Under the pieces are notes generated by a model. The model made no database searches, had not been told where the DNA came from, and was given only the letters and a program-made list of their open reading frames with translations. Positions 13,236 to 24,990 of a stretch of DNA of 64,000 nucleotides are shown here, one piece after another. A program made the translations under genes and the position numbers. The DNA is from Neodothiora populina (lineage: Eukaryota): positions 62,001 to 126,000 of the forward strand of contig NW_027191409.1 in assembly GCF_041146345.1 (NCBI RefSeq), written 5' to 3'. Every line of letters begins with the position of its first letter. Position 1 is the first letter of the stretch.

Positions 13236-14292
13236 GGCGTGGCGGAGTGGGCGAGTCGACGACAGCGACGCGGAAGGCGCGCAAGAGTTGTCTAGTTTTC
13301 GGGTGTTGTGTTGGAGTGGAAATTATATGAATTGATTAGGCAATAGACAGATAACCTCGCCAAAATACCTCGAGGCAGCTACAGTATGTAAAAGCAGGAA
13401 CCTCTCTGCGAAACTGCGGACAGTGAGAGAAAGATACAGCTGATGGGATAGTTCAAGTGTCCCACTGGTCGCCGTCAAAGGAGGAGGGAAACAATAATGG
13501 TACGACAACAAAAGATGCAGAGTACCCTGGTCGATTGACATACAGTAGTAGGTACAGTACAAGACAAGACTGTACAGTAGCGCAATGGGAGTAGTATACC
13601 AACGGTCCGACAGCAAAGGGGAGATTGCTGGGGGAGGGGGAAGAGATCAAAAGAGATCCCTCAGATCGTCTGGCTCCGTCTGTCTGTGGTGGCTGCTGTC
13701 GTTGCACACTCACTTGCCTCTTCCAGATCAAGAATTGATAAGAAAAAGAGAAATGGGTTGAACAAGAAACAGATACTTGAACCTCGTAGGATCCGCCGAA
13801 CAAACGAACAACAATCGCCTTCTGGTAGGAGCTTTTTGGGGCTTTGCGAAAGAAGAGGCCAATTCGACCAGACAAGAGACGCTTGTGACAGGAACAAATG
13901 GCTTCTTTGCGTCACTGATCCACGGGCCGAGATTGTTAACACCGAAAGACTGAAGACTTGACTCGTGCCGCTCGCACTTGGGTCTTGGTTCTTCTCTCGG
14001 AATCGATCCGCTTGGCTGTCGGCTCCAGACAATCTATCCAGTGTCCTGCGTTTGGTCTGTCTCAGGATCTAAAGCGAGACTTCTGAAGGCTCGTGGAATC
14101 TCCAGGTTTCGTTCTACCTCCGATTTATTTTGTAGATCTGTGTATATGTGTGTGTGTGTGTGCGACATACGCCGGAACATGGGGGAGGGAATCCTCTAGA
14201 ACATATACTTGTGAGTTTACTTGTGAGTTACAGTAACAGGATCACGCAACACTCGGTCCACCTTTAAACAGAGAGCGAGACTGTCCCCTGCG

Positions 14293-14375
14293 CGCCCTGC
14301 CCTGCCCTGCCCTGCCCTGCACGCCCACGGCAGGACTCAACATGTTCCACAGTTCCACAGTCCCACAGTTCCACT
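14293..14375. repeat. Short tandem repeats (GCCCT)x5 and (GTTCCACA)x4, near a (TG)n tract at about 14147
   Basis: Read directly in the intergenic region upstream of the ABC transporter. Confidence 0.8.
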
Positions 14376-15021
14376 ATCTGGATGAGTCAAATCACGCACA
14401 TTATTGTCAAAAAGTAGGTCTGCGACGCCGCCTCTGCTTATTCGCCTGCCGCATCCGGCAAGTCGGTGTTGCAGCATCTGGCGCCAAGACCTGTCCGAAA
14501 TGTGATCGGCCGCAGATTGCCCCGTCTGAACGCGATGTACGATGGAATTTGCAGTTTGAGTGGGGGAGAAAAGGGCACGCGCTTCGGCGACTATTGTGTG
14601 TGCACCTTGCTGTACTCACAGACTTCAGGCTAAGTTATCTCGTAGGGCGTCCGTTAGACTCGTACCGGGCTGAACACCACTGTTGCTAGTATAGAGCTTG
14701 GATCTGTGAGTACAGCATGCGGTGCTTGCTTCCAAGTTAAGGTACCTGAGGCAGTCAAGCGAATCTGGGGAATCGACAGAACTCCAGGAGTGCAAACGCG
14801 AGAGACCACAATCGACCGACCAATCGTTCACCTTGCATTTCAAATCCATTTTGACCATCTTGGGAACGGGACAAAGTCATCGCTTAAAAGTGCTTTAAAG
14901 GCGATGAGTGGTTTCGCTGAGCTTGAGAGATATATATTTACAGCGTTTATGCAACCAACCGTCCACTGGAAAATCAAATCCTTTCCGGCCGCATTGAACT
15001 TCACCCTCCACATTGCAGCAT

Positions 15022-15996
15022 CTATTGCCGGGCTGCAGCAACTGGCGTCCAGGCCGTGTACTTGTTCTTGGTGCTAATGTGACTGTTTAGTGACTCAATC
15101 TTTATCTACCGTCCGTATGACTCACGTGTTGAATGGCTTGTAAGCACCGCGGGACTGAGTAAGAATAGGTTTGTGTTCCTTTGGCTCCCATGGCCGGACC
15201 CTGCGCTGCAGAATAGGGTCCTCGGTCGGTGGCTTGTCGACCATGTATGAGATCCAAGCGTGCCTGAGCCGAGTTAGAGATGTTCCGACTTGCCTCTACT
15301 TGTAGAACAACGCTTACCAGCCGGGTTCAATCTGATCACTATGATGGACATGTCAGTACGAGTTCCGTAATGACCGAGTAGAATCAGCATTTGGGCGCAA
15401 TGCGAATCAGGTCATTCCCTCTCCCATCTTGGAGTCTTTGGTGTCTCTTCCTGCCTGCTTTTCCTTCCCAGATGTTTCCTGACCTGCTCCGCCATGCCCA
15501 AATGCTGCTTCAAGTGTGTTGCGTGGGACTCACGGGCTGAACTCCTTGTCCTTGTAGTCGACCCATCTCGTTCTCACTGCTCATTGCATCAGCCCCTGCC
15601 ATGTCGCCACACGTGGGAAGGCACATGTTTCCATACGTGGGAGGTCCTCGAGGTTCTCGAAGAACTTGTTGCCGTAAAGGTCCTTGCCGATCAAGGTACC
15701 AGCCTTGGTGTCACCTGTTCCGGCTCTTTAGCTGTCCGTCCTGGTCCTCTGCGGTCTGTCGGATGTAGCTGATCTCATACCCAGGTACTAAGAGAAGAGA
15801 GACTCGTGTGAGCGGTGCGTCTTCGAATTGGTCGCATTGGGTCCGGGGGGATGGTGTAGACATACCTGCATCTGGTGGCCGGCTTCCTGTTGACGAATGT
15901 TAGCACAGCGCCCACGGCACACAGCACAACCCGCTAGATCCGTACCTTGAAGCCAATTGTCCGCAGATTGCGGAGAGTTCTAAGAAGTGTCGACAT
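15022..15996 (-). CDS. NDUFA12: NADH:ubiquinone oxidoreductase subunit NDUFA12 (B17.2/N7BM), 8 exons
   Basis: Spliced product MSTLLRTLRNLRTIGFK|EAGHQMQ|YLG|DTKAGTLIGKDLYGNKFFENLEDLP|LRTRWVDYKDKEFSP|DQIEPGW|HAWISYMVDKPP...YKPFNT|TKNKYTAWTPVAAARQ*. All seven introns are GT-AG. Largely missed by the ORF track. Confidence 0.92.
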
Positions 15997-16959
15997 TGTG
16001 TGAGAGGTGTGTGTATCACTCAGTTGACCAAAGCAACACTCGCGAGCGACGATAATATGGTCATGATGCGGGAATGTTGGAGGCTTCGAGTGCAGCACGC
16101 GCCAGAACCCTGCCAAGCACCAATCACAGCTCTCGGATTTGCCTCTCCCCTAAAAACATCATCTATACTGTAAGTCCTATATGAACATGTATATACCATG
16201 GGACATCGCAGCATCTGACAAGAAGATGCATTCACGTACTCCACTAGTCGACACCTCGCTATAACATGAACGTCTTAGATATTTAGATTCTTGAAGCTCC
16301 TAAAGAGCTCTACACCACATAGAAGATAGGTCTGCTTTCTCTCTCCACCATTCTTTCCGCTGCCCTATCTTTTTTTTTGCCATATCCAGTCCCGTGCTAG
16401 AACAACATACCGTATAGCATGATGATACTCTACATTTATGTCAGTGACCAAGGGCCTTGTATTGGATGAGTCAGCATTGGCAACTACACCAAGGAAAGCT
16501 ACATTCTTGAATTCAGGGCTGAGTAGCGCCTGTAATGCGGAACGAAAGGTCCATAAGCAATTTGAGAGAGGACGATGCCTAGCCGCAGAAGTATGCTAGG
16601 GTAGTGAAGGAGTCGACATTCAAATTGACAGAGACGAGGATAAGCTCGCATGTGAGGACAGCCGTGTGAATCGTAACGGGCGTGGATCTCAAAAAGGTGT
16701 CTCGGGAGCAGCTAAAGGAGACGGGATGTGACAGTGAACGTTGCTGCTATCATTCTCAAGCTTTCACAAAGCTTCTCTCACGAAGAGGAAGACATGACAA
16801 GAGTAATTCATATGTATTGGTTTCGTCCTCTCGGTCCTTTTTCAGGGATCATTTGTTTCCACAACCACCACATAGACCAGTCTCCACCATTTCCTCTCCT
16901 TGATTCATTCGATATCGTACATTGAACAGACAAAGGCGCGCATCCTGACATGGACCTCT

Positions 16960-17416
16960 CTATGAGGCAAGAGGAGAGAAGAGTCTGGACTGTGTCAGCA
17001 AAGAGAGCTCAATCCATCTTCAGCGGCAGAGAGAGCATAAGCCATCTCAGCAGCCCTCTTTCGACGGCGTTTACCTGATAAGAGAAGGCTTGGGCACACT
17101 TCGGGAGTAACCAAGATAGATGATCAGAGGGAGGTATCCACTGTTAGGAGAATGTCAGTTCCTGTCCGTCATTCTGTCTGCTGTTTCCTCTCTGCCCACA
17201 ACAAGGCGACGAGCTTGACGGGCATGCATAGAAGACGAGATTGGTAAAAAGGCGATGAGAAGGGGATTGATCGTACTAGTGGACGGCGACACGGGAAATG
17301 TCAATGACGCGAGAGATGCGCTCCTGTAGGGCAAAAAATGTCAGCGCATCTGATACAGATGGTATAATTGATGGAGATTTGTTCGCTCTGACCTTGGTCT
17401 CCTCTGAGAACTGCAT
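16960..17416 (-). CDS. TOM7: Mitochondrial import receptor subunit Tom7, 4 exons
   Basis: Spliced product MQFSEETK|ERISRVIDISRVAVHY|GYLPLIIYLGYSRSVPKPSLIR|LFSPLAS*. Three GT-AG introns with CTGAC branch sites. Absent from the ORF track. Confidence 0.93.
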
Positions 17417-17714
17417 GATTGATGACGGGGGAATGTGATCTGATTGAAATAAGGAAGGTATATCAGATTAATACCTGTATCGCATCATGCATCAAGAATG
17501 TTCAAAGTCGGCGGCGGAAGGCGCATCTCCCCCGGGCGGTTGATCCTCGGCTTGCGGAGGTGAATCGCTGCAGTTCGCAGTTCGCCGCGGTTCATACCTC
17601 TAGGATGATGTGAAGTTGTTACATCTTAGCTCACGTTGATCTTATTGAGCTTGGAGTATTCATTCGTCTTACCTTTCCTCGACTCGCGCAGGATACAGCG
17701 CAGCCAGACGAACC

Positions 17715-19090
17715 ATGGCCGCAGCAGGGAGACACTGGTAAGTTGTTTTCGTTCTTTTCCTTCCTGATCATCCTCAACTGCCTCTTCCGTCTCGTACTTT
17801 CCTACTTTGGCGCATTCAGCACAGAGCATACCATAGCCATGCGAGGAAAAAACAAGTGATAAAGCAAAGAAAAGAAAACTCGCAGAAACTAAATGTGCAT
17901 GTGTCCATCAACAGGGAGCAGGACAAAGAAGCCACTGTCTACGTGGGAAACCTGGATGAGCGCGTGACAGATCCTCTAATATGGGAGCTCATGCTCCAAG
18001 CCGGTCGCATCGCCAACGTCCATCTACCCAAGGATCGCGTAACCCAAACCCACCAGGGCTATGGTTTTGTCGAGTTCCAGTCAGAGGAAGACGCCGAGTA
18101 TGCCGCCAGAATCATGAATCAAGTCCGTCTATGGGGCAAACCCATCAGAGTCAACAAGGCCAGCGCCGATAAGCAAAAAACCCTCGAGGTCGGCGCAGAG
18201 TTGTTCATTGGCAATTTGGACCCCATGGTGGACGAGAAGGTTCTTTTCGAGACATTCAACAGATTCGGAAATCTAACTTCGGCCCCAAAGGTGTGTTTCT
18301 ATTCCTTCTTTCTTCTTTCTTCTTTCTTTATCATTACCCATAGGCTGACAGCGCTGTTCTCTACTCAAAGGTTGCGCGCGACGAGAACAATCTCAGCAAG
18401 GGTTATGGCTTTGTGTCTTTCACTGCATTCGAGGCCTCGGACGACGCCATCGCGAACATGCACGGTCAATATCTCATGAACAAGGAAATCACTGTGCAAT
18501 ACGCCTACAAGAAGGACGGCAAGGGTGAGCGTCACGGTGACGCCGCCGAGCGTGCTCTTGCTGCCTCTGGTCGTTCTCAGGGTGTCGAGGTTCAAGTCCA
18601 ACCCATGCCTCCTCAACTCTTTACCCCTAGCGCACCATCAGCTCCTGCCGCCATGGCCAACGGTGGTGGTCCTCCTGGCATGATGGATCCCAGAGCCCAG
18701 CCTGGAATGTATGGCCAGAGTCCCGTCACACCCATGGGAATGGGATACAACTCCGTTCCTCCTCCGCAACAGCAGCAACAGCAACCACCCCAGCATTCTC
18801 AGCAGCGCATGCAGACTCCTCTTCAACCTCCACCGGCCGCGGCTGGCCTGCCCGCACGACCGCCTCCTAGTGCCGCTGGCTATAACGGACCTCAAGGCTT
18901 TGCGCCTCAACCTTACCCTCCGCCTGGCATGCCTCCCGCTGGTTTTGGAGCTCCTCCTCCAGGTATGCCGCCCGGCGGTTTCGGCGGCCCTCCGCCCGGT
19001 TTTGGTCCTCCCCCTGGCATGCCTCCTAATGGTTATGGCCCTCCCCCTGGATTCGGTCCTCCTCCTGGCGCACATCAGCAAAGGCGATGA
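17715..19090 (+). CDS. HSH49: Splicing factor 3B subunit 4 (Hsh49/SAP49): two RRMs plus a Pro/Gly-rich tail
   Basis: [61 protein letters not shown]. Introns at about 17738-17914 and 18290-18370. Confidence 0.95.
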
Positions 19091-19584
19091 GAGATTTGAC
19101 TCTTTTTGAGCATAGCTTCTCATTTCGAGTGTGGACTAGAAAGCACCGCGATTGAGACGAGTCTTAGAACAGGAGAAGGTTATCAAGCGAATCCAAGGAT
19201 GATCAAAATGAAGGAGAAAAGAGCGATTGCTGGGATTCTTTTTAGCGTGGCGTTTGGGAGAAGGAAGATATCTTTTGTAAAATCAAGACTACACAAATCG
19301 CCGTTGGCATGGCCGCGATGAAACGAAAGCTGCGTAGTCCATGCCTCACTACACTGGAATCGAGGCTTTCCAGGCCAGGGAAAGGAAGGCATTCGACTCA
19401 TACAGAGACTTCCATTAGCGAACCCTTCAGCTTAAAGCCCATGTGGCCGTTCGAAGACACACTTGACACTCAAGGCAGTCAAGTACAACAGGAACACCCA
19501 ATAATCTGAGCTCTGTATTACAAGAAAATCGTCCATGACGATCCGAAAATCAAAGGACACCGAAAGGCACAATACCATCGAACC

Positions 19585-19618
19585 AAGAAGAAGAAGAAGA
19601 AGAAGAAGAAGAAGAAGA
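19585..19618. repeat. (AAG)11 microsatellite
   Basis: Read directly. Confidence 0.9.
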
Positions 19619-22600
19619 GGACAAATGAATCCTCTTGCTCAGTCGGCTCTTTTCTTTTACAGCCAGTGGCTATGGCCCCCTTGTTTCACCTTGCCTCGCT
19701 CCATTCCTAATTCTAGCAGAGGCTGAGAGATGGGAGGGAAGAGCGCGGCATCACGCTGCTCCCGTTCATCAAGCGCCTACATACCCAGAGGAAAGAAGAA
19801 CGCGCGATTATCAAACATTAAATACGAAGCAACATTGGCTCTTGAGAGAGCAATAGCCAGATCTACTTGCCCTGACCTTCCCCTTTCTCCTTCTGTCTGT
19901 GTCCCTCTAGTCTTGTGTACGTGTCAGCGGCTGCATTGCGCAAGGAGGTACATGGTGATAACGACACTCACCACAGAACACCAATTCTACGCTCTGAAAC
20001 ACCACCTGTACTACTCCTCGGGCTTTAATTGCCTCGGGAGGGTCTCGCAACAATATCCTAATCGTCCAGGTCAACGCCATTCCGTTCCGTCGTGACCCTG
20101 GTCATCTCTTCGAAGATGCCCCGGCCCTTTGCTATCCTTGTAGTATATTGAATTCTTCCTCTTCACGCATATGGCAGAGAATAGCGTGCATGTCCATATA
20201 ATGTCAAGCTGAGCTAGGATATTGGCAAGAAGAACTGAAAATGAACATAAAACGATATTCGACGGTTACCGAACTGTGCTCGCCGTGCGAGACGGGTGGT
20301 GGTCCACAAATTCAGTCTGACCAGCGAATGTGTCGTCAACGGCATACATGCGCTCTAATCATTATTATGTATAATGTGCCAGATTTGACAACATCACACC
20401 GGATATGATCACGAGGGATTAAGATCAATGAATCATGTAGTTGAGCATAAATTGCTTGAACATATAAAGCACTCCGATAGACAGGGTCGCCCTCTGGACG
20501 ATTCGCGTTTCCAATGGCATACCATAGCTCTAGTCATGTATGACCTTTCTTCTGGAACGGCCAATAATGCATAAATTCGAAAAGCCAGAAGGGAGAATCC
20601 AAAATGGGTTGATATCTGTCTATCATGAGTTTGAGCATAGTTAGATTACGACATGTTTTGCGCCAATTCTGTCAGACACTTGTCGTGGACCGGGTGACCG
20701 TATAGATATTTTCGCAACTCAGCCGTTTCGCTTGATATTCTGGCAAACATCACATGCAGATGGCGTTGAACAGTTCACGAACAATCAAAGTCTTTCAGTG
20801 ATAGTTTCAAAATACACGAGTAATGCTACATAATTTAGGTATCGCGATCTAAGACTTACCTGCTGACCATCTTTCTCTTCTCACACTACGTACAGCCCCT
20901 TGCAAGCCACTGTACGGGAATGCCCCGAGGACTCTCGAGGCCCGTCGTTGCCAGCGCGGATATCGTGTCTAGCATAATGCATGCTCGCTGACTTGATCTC
21001 CGGTCGCAAGGGTAAACTTTTTACATCAATGCAAGCAAGGACGGTCCATCAAGCACGGTTCCATCACATGGTGGAGGAGAGTCTGAGGCCAAGTCGATTC
21101 AGTAGGCAATGTTAGCCATATCCATGTGTTATCTGCCGCTGCTTGGGGTAAGATGGCTGTAATGTTGCCGGACTAACTCCCGCTATTGCTCTTGAGTCCT
21201 CGTGTGAACGGTGGGTCTATCCTTGCGGGTCTCACGCCTGCACTGCGCGTATATTGCGGGAATATCGCGCAAGCACAGTCTGATAAAGAACCCCATATAT
21301 GAGGGGTGCGGGGTTGCCATGGAGTATGAATGCGGCGTGGGTGCCGCAGTAGTGGTAGTGTGATCTGGCGAATCGTTGCGCATGCCTTTGGGCTACTACA
21401 ATGCCGGTAGCTGCGTCCTTGCGAATCCTACATGCAGATTGGGCGCAAGAAAAATGCTCGTCGAGTTTCCGGTCTGTAAAGTGGCGGTTTCAGCGGTCTT
21501 GAGCCCAGTAACATCATCCGGCAGCAAGTTATGGACGTGCATGCATTGCAGCTGTGAAGCCACATCTTGTGATGCGCAAAGTCGGCGTCGCAATGTCTAT
21601 AAGGGCGGCGATCTTCGACTGCTCCACGTACGGCCACAGGCAGCTGAGAACAAGGCATCCCGTCCGCTCTGCCAGATTTAAGCAGTTGACCGGCTGATTA
21701 GTACTCAGGTCGGTGACGACTGGGGAATCCCAGCTGCTGTACGTTATCCCATCGTTTTGGATGAATGAGAGTAATGGATTCAAATATACCACCTTTCGGC
21801 TGCAGTCGTGACGAAACACGACATGGAAGGATCATTGCCGAGGACAAGCATCATGAGGGCCATCGGAATTAGGAACCGCGTTGACATTATTTGCCCCAGG
21901 TGAATGACAGCCAACTTCGCCTTTTGCAAGCATCGGAATCACGAATCGGTATTGCTGCGAATTTAGCCATCCTCGATCCTGATCGCAAGCTCTATGCAGT
22001 AGTCTCCGAGCCGCTCGAAGCGACTTTGTAGAAAAATCTCTCTTTTTATCACCTGTACCAGAGTTCAGTCTCAATGTTGTCATAGCACAAGGTATGATCT
22101 TCGCGCGGGAAATTGTTAAATTGCCAAGTGGAAGAAAAAGTGGGCATTTCGTCTGTGGCTTTTATCCCCATACCCCAGTAACCATGCTTCAGTTGGGTAA
22201 GGCAAGACCAGGCAGACGTCGTCCGACGGCTCTCGTTAGCAGTATACAGAATCCCCAAGCGATGCTGTCGTCACTTGGAGAAAAAACCGGAGATGGCCAC
22301 GTTATCAAGGCCACTCCATACGGGGTAATGTGAACCCCAGACGATCCTAGAGGATCTGCTGCGATTGCAGGACATACTGCACGCTGCTGTACGGATGCGT
22401 TCGCAACCACTGACATTTATTGCCCGACGGTGATTCCACTGATTTGGGCTCTTTATTTTATGCTTCAGTACCCATCTGTAATAGCAGAAGGATCATGACC
22501 TCGATATTGACCTTCGGCACGGTGGCTAATTTCTCCTTAGGGTAAGTGGTGGCTTAAGCCGGGAAAACTCGGGCCAAGGACGCTAGTGGAAGCGGAAAAA

Positions 22601-24990
22601 TCCAACCCCCTGTATCTAAGGCATGTTCGCCAAGGCTGTGGACCGAGGACGATTCCCAGAGTCGATAACGATCATTCGCTACGTCCATTATCAGTCTGTG
22701 CGAACCGACATGTCATACAAGTGTTGCCTTGTATCGGCCGTAATAGTGGTCTGAATGCGCTCATGATCCAAAATGCTCGTACGCTGGCCTTCGTGAAGTT
22801 AGGGTATTCGAATAGTAAAGAACAGGTCAAAACGTCGCGACCAGTTTGGTTTTATATCTCTGCAGAACAGACCAGTCGAGAAGATGAGGGAAGGATAGCC
22901 TGCTAGCTTTCGAAAGTTTAACGCTTGCTATCAAGCTCAGTATAAGGATGATCTGCCACAACACGGTGACACTGATCAACACAGTGTGCGTCCACCCAAA
23001 ACGCATGACGTCTACTTCACAACAGCGGACTACATGTCTAGCATTTGGCAAGGTTTTGACGGCGACCCATACACTACTACTATGATTAGCCAACACGTTG
23101 TTTGACAGCTCTGGCGATCACTCGTGGTCAATCGCGAACTGCGATCGCGCGTCCACGCAGTCGTGCTGCGTATTGTAACCTCATTGAGACATCCAGATGT
23201 GACCTCCTGTGTCCATTGAACTGAATGCGCAAAGGTATGCCTCCGAGTAGCATGATAAACATGGTCCGCGCCTTAGATATCGCATGCTTGTGTTTTACAG
23301 ACCATTAATGATTTGTCGCAAGTCGCCCGAATCAAAGCCGTTGGAGTTGCATACCAGCAATACCCTTCAACACGTACCCATCGTAATTGGGCAGAAAGGC
23401 ACGGCGGTGAAGCCTTTACACAGTACCATGCGATCCGAGTCGTGCACGTATGGATCTTCGTCGCTTTGCCAAGGTACAAATCGCTGGATTCGGAACATCG
23501 TCAAGGTGTGCTGTCACCCATGTTGCACATTAGCTGGTTCCTATGCCCTGCTAATGAGTAATGGAATGGCACCAAGAAAGGGCGGCGGCTTCACACAACG
23601 CAATTCGTGGGATATCTCGACCAATAACAAAAGAGCAAAAGTGTGGAGCGGGTGACATTGGGAAAACAGAAATCAGAGATTCACTCGCGATGCATACGAG
23701 TATACGACGTCAATTCATGTTTGAACAGAATTTCCTCAATCAGAACATGTCGAATATCGAAAGATGTATGCTTTCACCCATGTAGCTTTATTGATATAAA
23801 CTCATACTGGTTGGAAGTGCCTCTGTATGGAGCGTCGAAGGAATAGTAGCAGCTAAATGATTCAGCCAACACTGCAGTAAGCCCTAATGAGAATGCTTGC
23901 TGAATCTTGTCAAGATATGTGGGAACTAATCTCCAGGGTGCGACTTCACGTGTCGGACATTCGTGTCAGCTAGCCAATATGACCCATTTTTATCCCCTCC
24001 TTCCCCATTGGATAGTCGTCTTGCGCAAACCGTAATATCATCAAGGGTACATTGCTCATTGACGCACGAATCGTGCATTTTTCACCCCCAAGAATGTCAT
24101 CGCAAATTTTTCTTTTCAACATAGTTTAACAAATACGGAGCTGTCGTGAAAATACGAATTTTTTCATCGCGATGATGCTGTGCCTTACGGGGTTGAATAG
24201 TTCGGCTAAGGTGTGGCTTGAAGTCAAAAAATGCTTCGACAAAAATAAGCCCGCCACTCCTCTGGCAAATGCTTGCGGTGACTTGGACGTTTTGCGAATA
24301 CCCTTACCATACAATGCCAGTACGCTCTGTACCTGCAAGGATGAGATAGCGGACCGTATTGATCGTCATTCATCCTCCTCCATTCGGCCTCCCGACGTTG
24401 CAGCACTCAAAGGCCGGGGCGGTGTTGCCTCGGATGCACACTCCCGTGACGTAAAGCCAAGTCCCGCATATTTTAGTCCCTCGGTTCAGTGATTGCAAAG
24501 GCCTGAACCCTGCACAGAGATCTTCCCCAAGATCCACTCGTGGCTGCCGCCTTTGTGGGATAATGTCAGCCAATCTGAAACCCTTTTCCCCCAAGTTCCC
24601 CCATAGCTCCACAGTGGATACATGACATCATGTTGGTATGGACGAATTCAATGCGACGGTGTGAGTATGCATGATGGTCGTCCATTTACACCAGTAAGAT
24701 CACGGTCGGTAAAATCCACAAAGACGCTAGTGTGACGGCGTCAACATGCAGGCTCTCCATGCCGAAGCAAGCATACTCAACATGGACAGAGGTGAGATTA
24801 TAAAGTCTTCAAGCATGCCCTGCGAAAAAAAGACTTTTCTTCATTATCATCGGTGTTCTATATTCACTACCTAGTCCCCTTCATCATCACCCGCATACAG
24901 GGGGTTATATGAGGACAATTTTGGGTTCGATCGACGACTATACCAGGGACCTTTTATTACTACCTCTTATCCAGTGAATACCTCGCAAAC

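Noticed and set aside
20845..20872. ATG followed by a perfect GTAAGT donor on the minus strand
   Set aside because: No convincing branch/acceptor or downstream coding exon could be built.
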